The translations under genes and the position numbers were made by a program. A stretch of 64,000 bases of DNA, from the NCBI GenBank assembly GCA_965275905.1, contig CBDHYJ010000054.1:17497-81496 (forward strand), written 5' to 3'. The notes beneath the pieces were generated by a model that was given only the letters and a program-made list of their open reading frames with translations, was not told where the DNA came from and made no database searches. Shown piece by piece: positions 29,260 through 40,889 of this stretch; position 1 is the stretch's first letter; the number at the start of each line of letters is the position of its first letter. The stretch comes from Hyphomicrobiales bacterium. Lineage in GTDB: Bacteria; Pseudomonadota; Alphaproteobacteria; Rhizobiales; JAJFHC01.

Positions 29260-31211
29260 TCAGGTGCGTATCCGGACCGTCGCATACGGGCTCAGCAGCA
29301 GTGTGTCGCCGCTGAGGCTCTTTTCGGTGTCGTCAAATCCGGACGTGGCAGACGCGCAGGCTTCGAAGCTTTCCGCGTCAAGCCGCGCGACCGGAGCGCC
29401 GTTGACGTCCTGACCGCGCATTGTCACGGTCTGTGCGTCGCCGGTGAGGTTGGCGAGCCACAACTCGGTGGTCCCGTCCCTGCTGAAGGCGAGCGCCTGC
29501 ACATCACACGGTGCTGTAATCGTTGTCGCCAGCCGTTCCGTGCCGGATGCACCGTAGAGTGCGCGCATCACGTGCCAGGCCGGATAGAGTCCGCCGGCCT
29601 CGTCATACCAGGGCTGGGCATAGTCCATACGGCTGTGCGCCAGACCGAACTCGCCGACCGGTGCGCCCAGCGCCACGCTGTCGACGCCGCCTTCTGCCAG
29701 ACGTGCCGCGTAGCCCAGGTGCCAGGCCGCGCCGAGCAGGCCGCGCTGGCGCGGATCGGCACGGGTCATGGTTATGCGTTCGGCATGCGGATTGGCCGGC
29801 GGTTCGTTGCCGAACGGGCTGGTGCGTGATCCGATGCCGGCCGGTGCGATCCGGTAGTGCATGTCGCCGAACATCGCGCGTGCCGATGAGATGACAAAGG
29901 GCAGGCATTCGATGGTCTCGGTCACCGACCGGTCGTCGGCGGCATGAACCAGGGCGCAGGTCCCGTGGGTCACAAAGTCGAGCTTGCCGAACGGCGGCGG
30001 CTTGCGGTTGAGTTCGGTGAAGTAGACGAACGTGCCTCCGCCGAGCCTCGCATTCGGGAATGCGGCCCGGGCAGCATCGTAAAGTTCATCGAACTCTTTG
30101 GTGTCCGGAAAGACCGTGCCCGGAATGACGAAGCCGAGGTCGCCGGCCGGTGTCACGGCGACTGTCGAGAACGTAACGCCGGCATTGCTCGCGACATCAG
30201 CGACGGCTGCCATTTCCTCGGCGGCCGGCTCTGTTCCGGGTGCCACGATTTCGAGCGAAAGCTCTGCGCCGAGGCGTTCGCCCAGGGCCTTGAACGCGCG
30301 CATCGACGCGGTGCCGTCATGGTGGCGTGCGTCGAAATAGCAGCTCAGGAACTTCGGTGCGAGCGGGCTTACAAGATCCGCGGCCTCCAGTGCCGCCGAG
30401 GCAAGCTGGGCTTCCACGCCCATGCCGAATTCGGGAAGCCGCCCCTCCGGGCCGCCGATGGTGACCTCTACGGGCGCGGGGCCGTCGCCGGCAGAGACCG
30501 CCGGCGCGCCGCCCTCGAACCTGAGAGTCACCGACTGGCCGAGTTCCTCGCCGTCGGCAATGGTGAACGGGTGCGGCAGGCTGAGCGGACGCACATAGGT
30601 CTTGTAGGACGCGTCTGTCCAGTTGCGCTGGTCCTCCATCTCGAACGTATCGCCTTCCATGGTGCAGACCACCCGGCAGCCGGGCGCCACCTGGTGTGTG
30701 AGCGCGCGGATGTCCATGATCGGCTGCTCCGGGTCGATACGGTCGGGGAACACGGTCTCGGTGATGCTGCCGTTCACGTCCTCTACCGTCACCGGATGGC
30801 CGCTGATGCCTTCGACGGCATGCAGCACGACGAAGCCGGTACGGTTGGTCAGGAAATCCCCCGACGCCCGGCCGTCGGCGGCGAAGCTGAGGGAGCCGTC
30901 CGGCTCGCCGCGGATTCTCGCATCGTAGGTGAAGGCGCTGTCGCCATCCGTGCAGGTCGCCCTGTAGCTGACGGTGAACCCGTCAGCGTTCTCGTCGACC
31001 GAAAAATCCTCGATCACCGGGTTGAAGGTGCCCCAGTACTGGTCGCGCACCACATAGGAGATCGCCCGGATGGCCTCCTTTCCGCCGAAACAGATGTAGC
31101 GCAGGTTGCCGGCGTCGAGTTCTGCCGTGAGCGGTCCTGCGGTCAGCAGGCGGGTTTCGGCCGGCGGCTGATCGGTGCCGAAGAGTTTGACGGCGTGGCT
31201 CGGTTTTGCAG

Positions 31212-31215
<4 letters not shown>
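29260..31215 (-). CDS. 651-aa protein of unknown function embedded in a sugar-utilisation operon
   Basis: Long ORF with coding-like composition. Its ATG overlaps the ATPase stop (ATGA at 31212-31215). I recognise no family. The N-terminal third is beta-rich, and the C-terminal end resembles glycosidase-type beta-sandwich tails. Confidence 0.75.
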
Positions 31216-32348
<1,133 letters not shown>

Positions 32349-32360
32349 CCCGTCTGCCCT

Positions 32361-33215
32361 CTACCCCTTGACCGCGCCCATGGTGATGCCGCGCACGAGA
32401 TAGCGCTGCAGGAAGGCGACCGCGACGAACACCGGCGCCGCTCCCAGTACGCTCATGGCTGCGATCTTCGCCCAGAAGTTCGATTGCGCGCCGAAATAGT
32501 GCGTGACCTGGACCGGATAGGTCGTCACCTCGCTGCGGGTCATGACCAGCGCGAAGATGAAATCGTTCCAGGCGAACACGAAGGTGAAGACGGCGGTTGC
32601 GAACAGGCCGGTGCGCACCATCGGGAAGATCACCCGGACCATGACCTGCCAGCGCGTGCAGCCGTCGACCAGGGCGCTTTCCTCGAGTTCCGCCGGCACG
32701 TCCTCGATGTACCCCCTCATCATCCATATGACGTAAGGCAGATTGAATGCGGTGTAGAGCAGGATCAGCCCGTGATAGGTGTCGACCCAGCCGAGCCATA
32801 CATAGAGCAGGAACAGCGGGAAGACGATGGCGATCGGCGGGATCATGCGCTGGGAGATGATCCAGACCGCCAGGTTGTCTCCGCCGGTGCGGAAGCGGGC
32901 AAGACTGTAGGCGCACAATGTGCCGAGGAACATGGCGAGCACGGTGCTGACGCCGGCTATGAACAGGCTGTTCCAGACCGTCACCGCGTCGCCGTCACGG
33001 AACAGCACGGCAAAATTGTCGAACTGAATGCTGGCCGGATACCAGACCGGCGGCGAGGCGAAGATCTCTTCCGGCGTCTTGAACGAGATCATGAACAGCC
33101 AGTAGATCGGAAACAGGAACAGCACGGTCAGCGCGATCGCGGCGGCATAGCGCAGGGCCAGCCGCAGCGTCCTGCGCCGGGTGATCCGCCGGCGGGCCTC
33201 TGCAGCCGCGCTCAT
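32361..33215 (-). CDS. carbohydrate ABC transporter permease
   Basis: Six-TM MalG/UgpE-like protein with an EESALVDG EAA-loop. Confidence 0.9.
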   Translation of the reverse strand: MSAAAEARRRITRRRTLRLALRYAAAIALTVLFLFPIYWLFMISFKTPEEIFASPPVWYPASIQFDNFAVLFRDGDAVTVWNSLFIAGVSTVLAMFLGTLCAYSLARFRTGGDNLAVWIISQRMIPPIAIVFPLFLLYVWLGWVDTYHGLILLYTAFNLPYVIWMMRGYIEDVPAELEESALVDGCTRWQVMVRVIFPMVRTGLFATAVFTFVFAWNDFIFALVMTRSEVTTYPVQVTHYFGAQSNFWAKIAAMSVLGAAPVFVAVAFLQRYLVRGITMGAVKG

Positions 33216-34141
33216 CGCGCGATCTCCATGCGTTTCAGTGCGAAGATCACGGCGGCCGTGAGCATCACGATGACGAGAAAGGCAATCGCGCCGGTATAGC
33301 TGGTCTCGAACTGCCGGAAGCCCTGAATGTAGGTATAGATCGAAATGGTCTCCGTCATGGTGCCGGGACCGCCCTTGGTCAACGCCCAGATCACGTCAAA
33401 GATGCGGAACAGATTGAGGCCGCGGATCAGGAGCGCGATCGCCATGACCGGCCAGATCGCCGGCAGCACGATCTTCCAGAAAATCCTCCGGGCCGATGCC
33501 CCGTCGATTTCGGCCGCCTCGATCAGGCTCTGGTCGACGTTCGAGAGCGCGGCCAGCAGGATCAGGAACATGAACGGCGTCCACTGCCAGACTTCGGCAA
33601 TCAGGATCGCCGGATAGACGAACTCCGCCTTGATGGTCCACAGAATGGTGACCGGCTCGCCCTTTATCCAGCCCAGCACCTGATTGATTGGACCGTAGCG
33701 GTTGTCGAACAGGAGCCGCCAGGTGGCGCCGGCGACGACCGGGGCGATCATGGTCGGCAGGACGAGCAGGGCGACGAAGATCTGGCGCCCCGGCATGCGG
33801 TCGAGGAACAGGAGCGCCATGGCGAGGCCGATGCCCAGTTCGAGCGGCAGCGCGATCATCGTGATCAGCATGGTATGGGCGAGCGACTCCCACAGTCTTA
33901 CGTCACTGAACAGGGCGCCGTAGTGCACCAGGCCATGGAAGCTCGTGTCCTCTTCGAGCATCGTGACGTTCTGGAAACTCACCACGAGGGTGTAGATGAG
34001 GGGGAAGATGCCGATAAAGAGCAGCAGGAAGACGGCCGGCGCAATGATCAGGTACTTGAAGCGGCGGTCCGAGAACCGGCTCAGCCGGGTTCCCAGATCA
34101 GGCGTCGATGCAGGGTCCTGGGGCGCGGTGGCGGTTGTCAT
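33212..34141 (-). CDS. carbohydrate ABC transporter permease
   Basis: MalF/UgpA-like protein with an EAAEIDGAS EAA-loop. It overlaps the next gene by 4 nt. Confidence 0.9.
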   Translation of the reverse strand: MTTATAPQDPASTPDLGTRLSRFSDRRFKYLIIAPAVFLLLFIGIFPLIYTLVVSFQNVTMLEEDTSFHGLVHYGALFSDVRLWESLAHTMLITMIALPLELGIGLAMALLFLDRMPGRQIFVALLVLPTMIAPVVAGATWRLLFDNRYGPINQVLGWIKGEPVTILWTIKAEFVYPAILIAEVWQWTPFMFLILLAALSNVDQSLIEAAEIDGASARRIFWKIVLPAIWPVMAIALLIRGLNLFRIFDVIWALTKGGPGTMTETISIYTYIQGFRQFETSYTGAIAFLVIVMLTAAVIFALKRMEIAR

Positions 34142-34234
34142 CTCGCTCTAATACCTTGTTCCCGCAACTGCGGGAGGCGGGACGGTCCGGGGCAGCGCCT
34201 TTGCCTGCGCCGCCCCGGTGTGCTGGTGGGCTGA

Positions 34235-35689
34235 CTACTTCTTCGGATAAGCGTTGGGTTTGCCGGCCCAGTCGGCATAGGCTGCCTTCTGCCTGTCGAC
34301 GCCGATCTTCTGCGTCAGGGCATCCCATTGGGCCGCCACGTCGTCGAGAATCGCCTTGGCGTCCTCGCCGGCCCACAACCGCGTTACCGACTGGCGCAGT
34401 GCTTCCTCGTATTTGTCGATCTGCAGGATCGAAAGGTCGAGCAGGCCCGTGTCGGCGCCCTTGCGCAGTGTTGCGAGATACTTCGAGGCATCGCCCCAGC
34501 GCGACAGATACTCCTTGTCGGTGAAGTGAGACTCACGGAACGGGTCCCGGAGCGCGTAGGGAAGCTGCACACGCTGCAGGCTGATTTCCTCGCTGTTCAG
34601 CCACTGGATGAACAGATAGGCCGCTTCCTTGTTCTTGCTTTTTGATGAAACCGAGAGGGAGAATCCGGCGGCGAGTTGCGGCGTCCCGCCCGGCGGCAAG
34701 GCGTAGCCCACCTTGTCGGCGATCTTGGTCTTGGGCACCCACGACAGCGCTTTCTCGTCCGTGCCGTATCCGGCGGCCCAGCGGCCAAACGGCGGCCACG
34801 AGATGGTCATGGCGATATCACCGGCGAGGAATGAACTCAGCGCTTCGACGAAGCCCCAGGTTTCGACGCCCGGAGGCATGAACTTGTTGTCGTTGCGCAT
34901 GCCTTCGTAGACCTTGACGCCGATCTCGTTGTTGATCTGCGCCTTCATCGTCTCGGGGTCGAAGAACCTGCCGCCCTCGACACGATACCGTTCCTCGAAC
35001 AGCCAGATGCCGTATGCGGGCCCGCGGAACTGGCCTGCGCCGTAAATCTTGGGCTTGTACTTTTCGGTGATGAAATTGCCGATGTCGGCATATTGCTGCC
35101 ACGTCTTCGGCGGGGCCAGATCGTAGCCATGCTTGGCCTTGAAGGCCTTCATGTTTTCCGGATCCTCGAACAGGTCCTTGCGGTAGTAGAGCACGAACAG
35201 ATCGCCGTCATCCGGGAAGCCGTAGATCTTGCCGTCCACCGTCATCTGGTTGTCGCGGTAGGTCGGCGCGATCTTCTGCAGTTCATCCCGAAAGCCGAAT
35301 TTGTCGACATAAGGGTCGAGCACTTCGAGCGCACCCGCCTTGACCAGGTCCGGCATCCAGCTCGGGATGACGTTGAGCGCGTCGTAGGCGCCGGTTCCGG
35401 CACGGTGTTCCTGCAGGATCTTGGTGAACATCTCGGCCGTCGGCACCTCGATCACCTTGACCTTTATGCCGGTCAGTTCTTCCCATTTGGGCCCGGAGAA
35501 ATTCAGCGGGTCGAGCGACTGCAGCCCGGCCTCCCAGACAATGCTGATTTCGGTTCCGGAGTATTTCTTGGCGGCTTCGACGGCACGTTCCGCGGCGGAT
35601 TGTGCCGATGCCGGCAGCGACGAGATCAGGCTCCCGGCGAACAGGCCAACTGCCATGCCCACCGCGGCCAATGCACGCGTGACTCTCAT
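34235..35689 (-). CDS. ABC transporter extracellular solute-binding protein (family 1)
   Basis: ATG 35689 follows GGGAGG. It has a signal peptide (MRVTRALAAVGMAVGLFAGSLISSLPASA). At 484 aa it is larger than typical family members. Confidence 0.85.
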   Translation of the reverse strand: MRVTRALAAVGMAVGLFAGSLISSLPASAQSAAERAVEAAKKYSGTEISIVWEAGLQSLDPLNFSGPKWEELTGIKVKVIEVPTAEMFTKILQEHRAGTGAYDALNVIPSWMPDLVKAGALEVLDPYVDKFGFRDELQKIAPTYRDNQMTVDGKIYGFPDDGDLFVLYYRKDLFEDPENMKAFKAKHGYDLAPPKTWQQYADIGNFITEKYKPKIYGAGQFRGPAYGIWLFEERYRVEGGRFFDPETMKAQINNEIGVKVYEGMRNDNKFMPPGVETWGFVEALSSFLAGDIAMTISWPPFGRWAAGYGTDEKALSWVPKTKIADKVGYALPPGGTPQLAAGFSLSVSSKSKNKEAAYLFIQWLNSEEISLQRVQLPYALRDPFRESHFTDKEYLSRWGDASKYLATLRKGADTGLLDLSILQIDKYEEALRQSVTRLWAGEDAKAILDDVAAQWDALTQKIGVDRQKAAYADWAGKPNAYPKK

Positions 35690-35843
35690 TCTAACCTCCC
35701 TGATTTTCCGGGGTTCCCGCAGAGCAAGACGGTCAGCCCGCAACATGCTTGTTTGCTTTGCATGTCATCAGGATGTTAACTTGTCATACCAGTGAGGTCA
35801 AACCCTGTTCCTTGATCTGGCGGATGGTGCCGAATCAAGGCAG

Positions 35844-36590
35844 ATGAGAACCATGACAGACAGCGATTTCGAGCCCATCCCCCGGCGCAAGCTCTACCAG
35901 GAGGTGGTGGACCGTCTGGTGAACCGGATTTCCAGGGGGACGTACGCGCCCGGCGACAAGCTGCCGTCGGAACGCGAACTGATGTCCCAGTTCGGCGTCG
36001 GCCGTCCGGCGGTCCGCGAGGCCATGCAGTCGCTGGAGCGCATGGGACTGATTTCCATCAGCCACGGCGAGCGGGCCAATGTGAAGGAGCCGGACGCCCG
36101 GGCGGTGATCGATCAGGTCGCCACGACGGTCCGGCATATGCTGATCACGTCGCCGCAGACGCTGGACCATCTCAAGGAGGCACGGCTGTTCTTCGAGGCC
36201 GGCATGGTTCGGATCGCCACCGAGATGGCGACGGATGCGGATATCGCACGCCTGAAGGGTCGGCTCGATGACCACTTCGAGAGCCTGAACGACCTGAGCA
36301 CCTTCCTTGAGAAGGACAAGCTGTTCCATGGCGAGATTGCCGCCATGAGCCGCAATCCCATCTATGCCGCCGTCAGCCAGGCGGTGTTCGAGTGGCTGGA
36401 GGAGTTCCATGTCGAGTTGGTCCGGCTGAAAGGCGCCGAACACGTCACGCTCGAGGAACACACGGCGATTTACGAGGCGATCGCCGCGCGCGACGCCGAT
36501 GCCGCAGTCGCGGCCATGGAACGGCATCTGCTGCGCGCCAACGCGGTGTACAGGCAGCTCGAGCTCTCGGGCCTGGGAAGCCGCGACTAG
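35844..36590 (+). CDS. GntR-family (FadR/FCD subfamily) transcriptional regulator
   Basis: Contains the LPSERELMSQFGVGRPAVREAMQSL wHTH and a helical FCD-like C-terminus. It is divergent from the ABC operon. Confidence 0.85.
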   Translation: MRTMTDSDFEPIPRRKLYQEVVDRLVNRISRGTYAPGDKLPSERELMSQFGVGRPAVREAMQSLERMGLISISHGERANVKEPDARAVIDQVATTVRHMLITSPQTLDHLKEARLFFEAGMVRIATEMATDADIARLKGRLDDHFESLNDLSTFLEKDKLFHGEIAAMSRNPIYAAVSQAVFEWLEEFHVELVRLKGAEHVTLEEHTAIYEAIAARDADAAVAAMERHLLRANAVYRQLELSGLGSRD

Positions 36591-36892
36591 AGCGAGTTGT
36601 GATTAGGTTGGCGCATTTGATGGCGGAAAATCGGTTCACTCGGCAAGGCGCGTCGCGCAGCGCGATGCGGGACATCGGGCAAGCGACACAACACAGCCGA
36701 TGGGCCGATTTTCCCCACCTTCAACAGGGCGACTATAGTGAGTAACGCAGGTGAACGGGCCGGGCGATTTTGCCCTCTGACTGCGTTGGCTCACGCTTGT
36801 GGTGGGGTGGGGCACCACGGCGCGCAACCCGCCTTGTCAGAGACCAAAATCGCCACGGTCAAACGCGTCAACCTAATCACAACTCGCTCTAG
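36587..36892. mobile_element. MITE-like composite palindromic element with perfect 24-bp terminal inverted repeats
   Basis: CTAGAGCGAGTTGTGATTAGGTTG (36587-36610) is the exact reverse complement of 36869-36892. The arms continue as imperfect inverted repeats for tens of nt. Two internal hairpin modules use GGAAAATCGG/CCGATTTTCC-like and GGCGATTTTG/CAAAATCGCC pairs. No ORF is present. Confidence 0.6.
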
Positions 36893-38016
36893 TCCGGCAT
36901 CTCCAGTTCGAACTCGGCATAGCCGAAGTCCTCTCCGTTGATGCGCAGCGACAGGCCCTGTACTCCCGGATAGTACTTGCGGGTCGTGATCGGCCGGATG
37001 GGATGTGACCGCGCGAAAGTGTAGGTCTCGCCGGGCCCGAGGCACAGCTTCGTTCCCTTGAACACCTTGGCGGCCAGCTTTCCGTTGGCCTTGCGGAAAT
37101 GCACGAGGTAGTCGACGACGAGGTTCCGGGACTGGGCCGCCGTCGAAGTCAGGTCGGCGGAGAAGTTCAGCGCGCCGCCATATTCCACGGCCGGCGTCTC
37201 GATGCGAATGTCCACAGGGGCGATCTTCGGCGCGCCCAGGCCGAAGGCCTCGAGCGCTCCCCGGTGGCCCGACTTGATCAGCGACCGGCAGGCATGACGG
37301 ACCAGTCTCTCGCGCTTGCTGTCCGCGTCTCGCAACCAGGATTTCGCAATGTCTGCAATAAGATCGGGGTGGTCCTTTGCAATATCGTTGAGGTGATTGG
37401 CGACCGACCGGCGAACATATTCCTCCGCGTCGTCCCGCAGCGCCTCGAGTACGGGGAGCATGGGCGAGGGGGCCTCGATCAACCGCGGCAGCTGCATCGC
37501 CCAGGGCAGGCGCGGGCGTGTGCCCTCGCTGACCAGGCGGCGGACATGCCGGTTGGGATCGGCGATCCAGCCGGACATGATCCGGAGCGCGCGGTCCTGA
37601 TCGGCAATCAGGAAATGCCGGACGCCGAACTCGGCGGAGAACCGCTTGGTCATCTCCTTCTGCAGCCCCAGCGCACGGTCGAAATCGCCGATGCCGTGCT
37701 GGCCGACAACCATGGTCAGGGGCAGGATGGCCCAGCCGCAGATACCGTCCTCATCGCTCGGCTGGTCGGCATGGTCCAGTTCATCGGGATGGAGGATGGC
37801 CTCCAGGATCCGCGCGCGCTCCGCATTATCGTCCGGAAGCCCGCGATGGACGGCATCGGCGATCAACTGGGCGCGATCCTTCAGCTCAAGCTGGTCAAGC
37901 GTCGGCAGAATCGCGCCCTCGAAAGCGAGCCGGTCGAAGCCTCGAGCATGGCGTCCGAGGTGATCGGCGAGCCAGCCCACCAGTTCCGGCGAAAAGATGT
38001 TCTTGAACGGTTCCAT
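36889..38016 (-). CDS. DNA alkylation repair (AlkD-like HEAT-repeat) family protein
   Basis: 375 aa containing NRHVRRLVSEGTRPRLPWA and EYVRRSVANHLNDIAKDHP, typical of the DNA alkylation repair enzyme family. Confidence 0.7.
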   Translation of the reverse strand: MEPFKNIFSPELVGWLADHLGRHARGFDRLAFEGAILPTLDQLELKDRAQLIADAVHRGLPDDNAERARILEAILHPDELDHADQPSDEDGICGWAILPLTMVVGQHGIGDFDRALGLQKEMTKRFSAEFGVRHFLIADQDRALRIMSGWIADPNRHVRRLVSEGTRPRLPWAMQLPRLIEAPSPMLPVLEALRDDAEEYVRRSVANHLNDIAKDHPDLIADIAKSWLRDADSKRERLVRHACRSLIKSGHRGALEAFGLGAPKIAPVDIRIETPAVEYGGALNFSADLTSTAAQSRNLVVDYLVHFRKANGKLAAKVFKGTKLCLGPGETYTFARSHPIRPITTRKYYPGVQGLSLRINGEDFGYAEFELEMPD

Positions 38017-38240
38017 GGGTCCGATTTAGCCGACGCGGTTCGCGATCGCCAAGCCCCCGGGCTCCGCATTCCTGACAGCCTTGTGTCAGGAGGTTCGCCC
38101 GCGTCGCTGGCAGGAGTGCGTCTCCCGGTCATATGCCGGAATGTCCGTTCCGGTGCGACAATTCGGATTCAGGTACATCTTGCGCCGATGGGGTTTTGGC
38201 TTCACTTTCGGGCGGATCGAGATCGAGGCGCCCGAGGTCC

Positions 38241-38663
38241 ATGAAAAGACTCAGAATACGGAGATGCTGGTCGCTGGTGCCCGCCCTGTTCTGGCTCGGG
38301 ATGCAGATCTTGATGACCGGCGTCTTCTCGAGTGCTTCCGCGTCGGATGAGAAGAGCGTCGAAGCCGGTCCTCCTTTTGACAGCGTCATCATTTGCACGC
38401 CGACCGGCCTGAAGCGGGTTTCGCTCACGGAACTGCTCGCGCAATCCGCGGATACCGATACCGGCAGTCCGGTTCCGACATACGTGAACGTGGGCTGCGA
38501 CTGGTGCAAGTCGTTTGGTTCCGTCTCGCTGTCTGCGCGGACCGGGCATGCCGTAGCTTGCGAGTTTGAGCGCAACGATGTCGTCCTCTTCATCACTGAT
38601 GGTCCGGCACCGCTTGCTTCCGCGGCAGCAGATGGGTTTGATAGCCGCGCTCCACCTGCCTGA
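38241..38663 (+). CDS. DUF2946-like exported protein
   Basis: Signal/TM N-terminus, an ICTPTG motif, a CDWC pair and the C-terminal FDSRAPPA, resembling DUF2946 as I recall it. Confidence 0.5.
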   Translation: MKRLRIRRCWSLVPALFWLGMQILMTGVFSSASASDEKSVEAGPPFDSVIICTPTGLKRVSLTELLAQSADTDTGSPVPTYVNVGCDWCKSFGSVSLSARTGHAVACEFERNDVVLFITDGPAPLASAAADGFDSRAPPA

Positions 38664-38736
38664 AAAAGACGTCACATCCGCTTAAATGCCGCGCGCAGCG
38701 TGCGCGTATTCTGACTTCTTTTTCTGGGAATTACAC

Positions 38737-39837
38737 ATGACCACGCAAATCTGCCGTGGCCTCGCCGCTCTGGTTGTGGCCATTACCCTGGCTTGGCCTG
38801 CTTGGGCCGGGACGATCACCGTAACCGACACCCTGGACCGCAAGGTCGAGGTGCCGGCCAACGCTCAGCGTATCCTGTTGGGTTTCTACTTTGAGGACTT
38901 TTTCGCGGTTGGAGGCCCTGACGTCTATGACCGCGTTGTCGCCATCTCCCGGGATGCCTGGGAGGGTTGGCGAAACATGCAGTGGCAGGCGTATGTCAAG
39001 GCCGTGCCGCGCATTGCCGAGCTTACCGATGTCGGTGAAGCCGATAGCGGAACATTTTCTCTTGAAACCGCAGTTGCGGCGAAGCCGGATGTGGCAATCC
39101 TGGCGGCGTGGCAGCACAGTGCCCTGGGTGATCAGGTCGGACGGCTTGAAGCTGCCGGGATCCCGGTCGTCGTGCTCGACTACAATGCGCAGGAAGTTGC
39201 CAAACATGTGACATCCACGATCGCTCTCGGCGCGATCCTCGGGAAGAGCGAGCGGGCGAAAAGGCTCGCGGACCTTTACGCCGGAGCCCACGCCGACGTG
39301 GCAGCCCGTATCAAGACCGTTACCGACCGGCCGCGCGTCTATGTCGAACTGGCCAGAAAGGGGGCTGGCGAGATAGACAACTCCTACGGCAACACCATGT
39401 GGGGCAAGCTGGTCGAGACCGCCGGCGGCATCAATATTGCCAAGGACCAGATCGCGAAATGGGGGCCTCTCAACCCCGAATTCGTCCTGGCGCAGAACCC
39501 GGACGCGATCATACTGGCGGGCTCGGGCTGGCCCGGCCGGGACAAGGCGGTGCTGATGGGACCCGGCGTGAGCCAGTCTATCTCGCACGATCGCATGCGC
39601 CCCTATCTTGGCCGTCCGGGATGGAAGGGGTTGAGCGCCGTCAAGGACGGCGAGGTCCACGCGCTCTATCACGGCGGCGCACGGACCCTCTATGACTTTG
39701 CCTTCCTTCAATACATCGCGAAGACGCTTCATCCGGACCTGTTTAAGGATATCGACCCGCAGGCCAACTTGAACGCGTTCTTTGCGGAATTCATGCCCAT
39801 CCAGTTCGATGGCACCTACATGACCAGGCTGCCATGA
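38737..39837 (+). CDS. ABC transporter periplasmic binding protein (metal-chelate/siderophore type, Peripla_BP_2)
   Basis: Signal peptide (MTTQICRGLAALVVAITLAWPAWA) followed by a FecB/BtuF-like architecture (PDVAILAAW..., NPDAIILAGSG). Confidence 0.8.
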   Translation: MTTQICRGLAALVVAITLAWPAWAGTITVTDTLDRKVEVPANAQRILLGFYFEDFFAVGGPDVYDRVVAISRDAWEGWRNMQWQAYVKAVPRIAELTDVGEADSGTFSLETAVAAKPDVAILAAWQHSALGDQVGRLEAAGIPVVVLDYNAQEVAKHVTSTIALGAILGKSERAKRLADLYAGAHADVAARIKTVTDRPRVYVELARKGAGEIDNSYGNTMWGKLVETAGGINIAKDQIAKWGPLNPEFVLAQNPDAIILAGSGWPGRDKAVLMGPGVSQSISHDRMRPYLGRPGWKGLSAVKDGEVHALYHGGARTLYDFAFLQYIAKTLHPDLFKDIDPQANLNAFFAEFMPIQFDGTYMTRLP

Positions 39838-40889
39838 CCGGGGCGGAAGGGGCGGCGCTGGCCGCCCCGACCTACAAAGCATTGATGGCGCGCCGCATGC
39901 TTATGCTCGGCTGCGGCGCGGCTGCGCTTGTTCTCTGTGTCATCACGGATGTTCTGACAGGGCCTGCATTCCTCGGGTTCTGGCAGGTTGTCGCCGCGCT
40001 TTTCATTCCATCCGAGGCGGAGGCGACCGTCGCTGTAATCGTCTGGGACATCCGCTTGCCGATGACACTCATGGCAGTCGCGGTCGGGGCGTCGCTTGCG
40101 GTTGCGGGTGTCGCGATGCAGACGATCCTCGGAAATCCGCTGGCGAGCCCGTATACGCTCGGTTTTTCTGCTGCCGCCGGGTTCGGCGCCGCGGTCGCCA
40201 TCCTGACCGGCTTGACGCTCCCGGTCCTGCCGTGTCTGACCATTCCTGTCGCGGCATTTGCCGCAGCCGCGGCATCCGCCGCGCTGGTCTATGGCTTCGC
40301 CGGATTGAGGGGCATGTCTCCCGAAGTCATGGTCCTTGCAGGCATCGCTACTCTGTTTCTGTTCCAGTCCCTCCAGTCCATGGTTCAGTACCTGGCGGCA
40401 CCCGAGGTTCTTCAGGCCATAGTTTTCTGGCTCTTCGGGTCATTGCTCAAGGCCTCGTGGGACAATCTTCCGGTCACCGCTTCGATCCTGCTGTTCTGCG
40501 TTGTCTTGCTGATTCCGGACCTCTGGCGCCTGACCGCCCTTCGTCTCGGCGACGAACGAGCGGCGGCAGTCGGCGTCGACGTGCGGAAACTGAGGGTAAA
40601 GACGTTTGTCGTCGTCGCACTGCTTACGGCGGGGGCAGTTGCGTTCGTCGGTACGGTCGGCTTTGTCGGTCTCGTCGCCCCGCACATCGCGCGGGGGCTG
40701 GTGGGCGACGATCAGCGCATTCTGATGCCCATGTCGGCATTGTGCGGGGCGGTGGTCATGACGGGTGCATCAATCCTGTCGAAGATCATTTCGCCCGGCT
40801 CCGTTATTCCCATCGGCATCGTAACCGCGGTGATCGGCGTGCCGTTCCTGTTCGGGCTGATTTTGCGCGGACAAAGGAGGCACTGGTGA
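39834..40889 (+). CDS. FecCD-family ABC permease
   Basis: Polytopic membrane protein with the FecCD signature region (GFVGLVAPHIARGLVG). It overlaps the upstream gene by 4 nt. Confidence 0.85.
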   Translation: MTGAEGAALAAPTYKALMARRMLMLGCGAAALVLCVITDVLTGPAFLGFWQVVAALFIPSEAEATVAVIVWDIRLPMTLMAVAVGASLAVAGVAMQTILGNPLASPYTLGFSAAAGFGAAVAILTGLTLPVLPCLTIPVAAFAAAAASAALVYGFAGLRGMSPEVMVLAGIATLFLFQSLQSMVQYLAAPEVLQAIVFWLFGSLLKASWDNLPVTASILLFCVVLLIPDLWRLTALRLGDERAAAVGVDVRKLRVKTFVVVALLTAGAVAFVGTVGFVGLVAPHIARGLVGDDQRILMPMSALCGAVVMTGASILSKIISPGSVIPIGIVTAVIGVPFLFGLILRGQRRHW

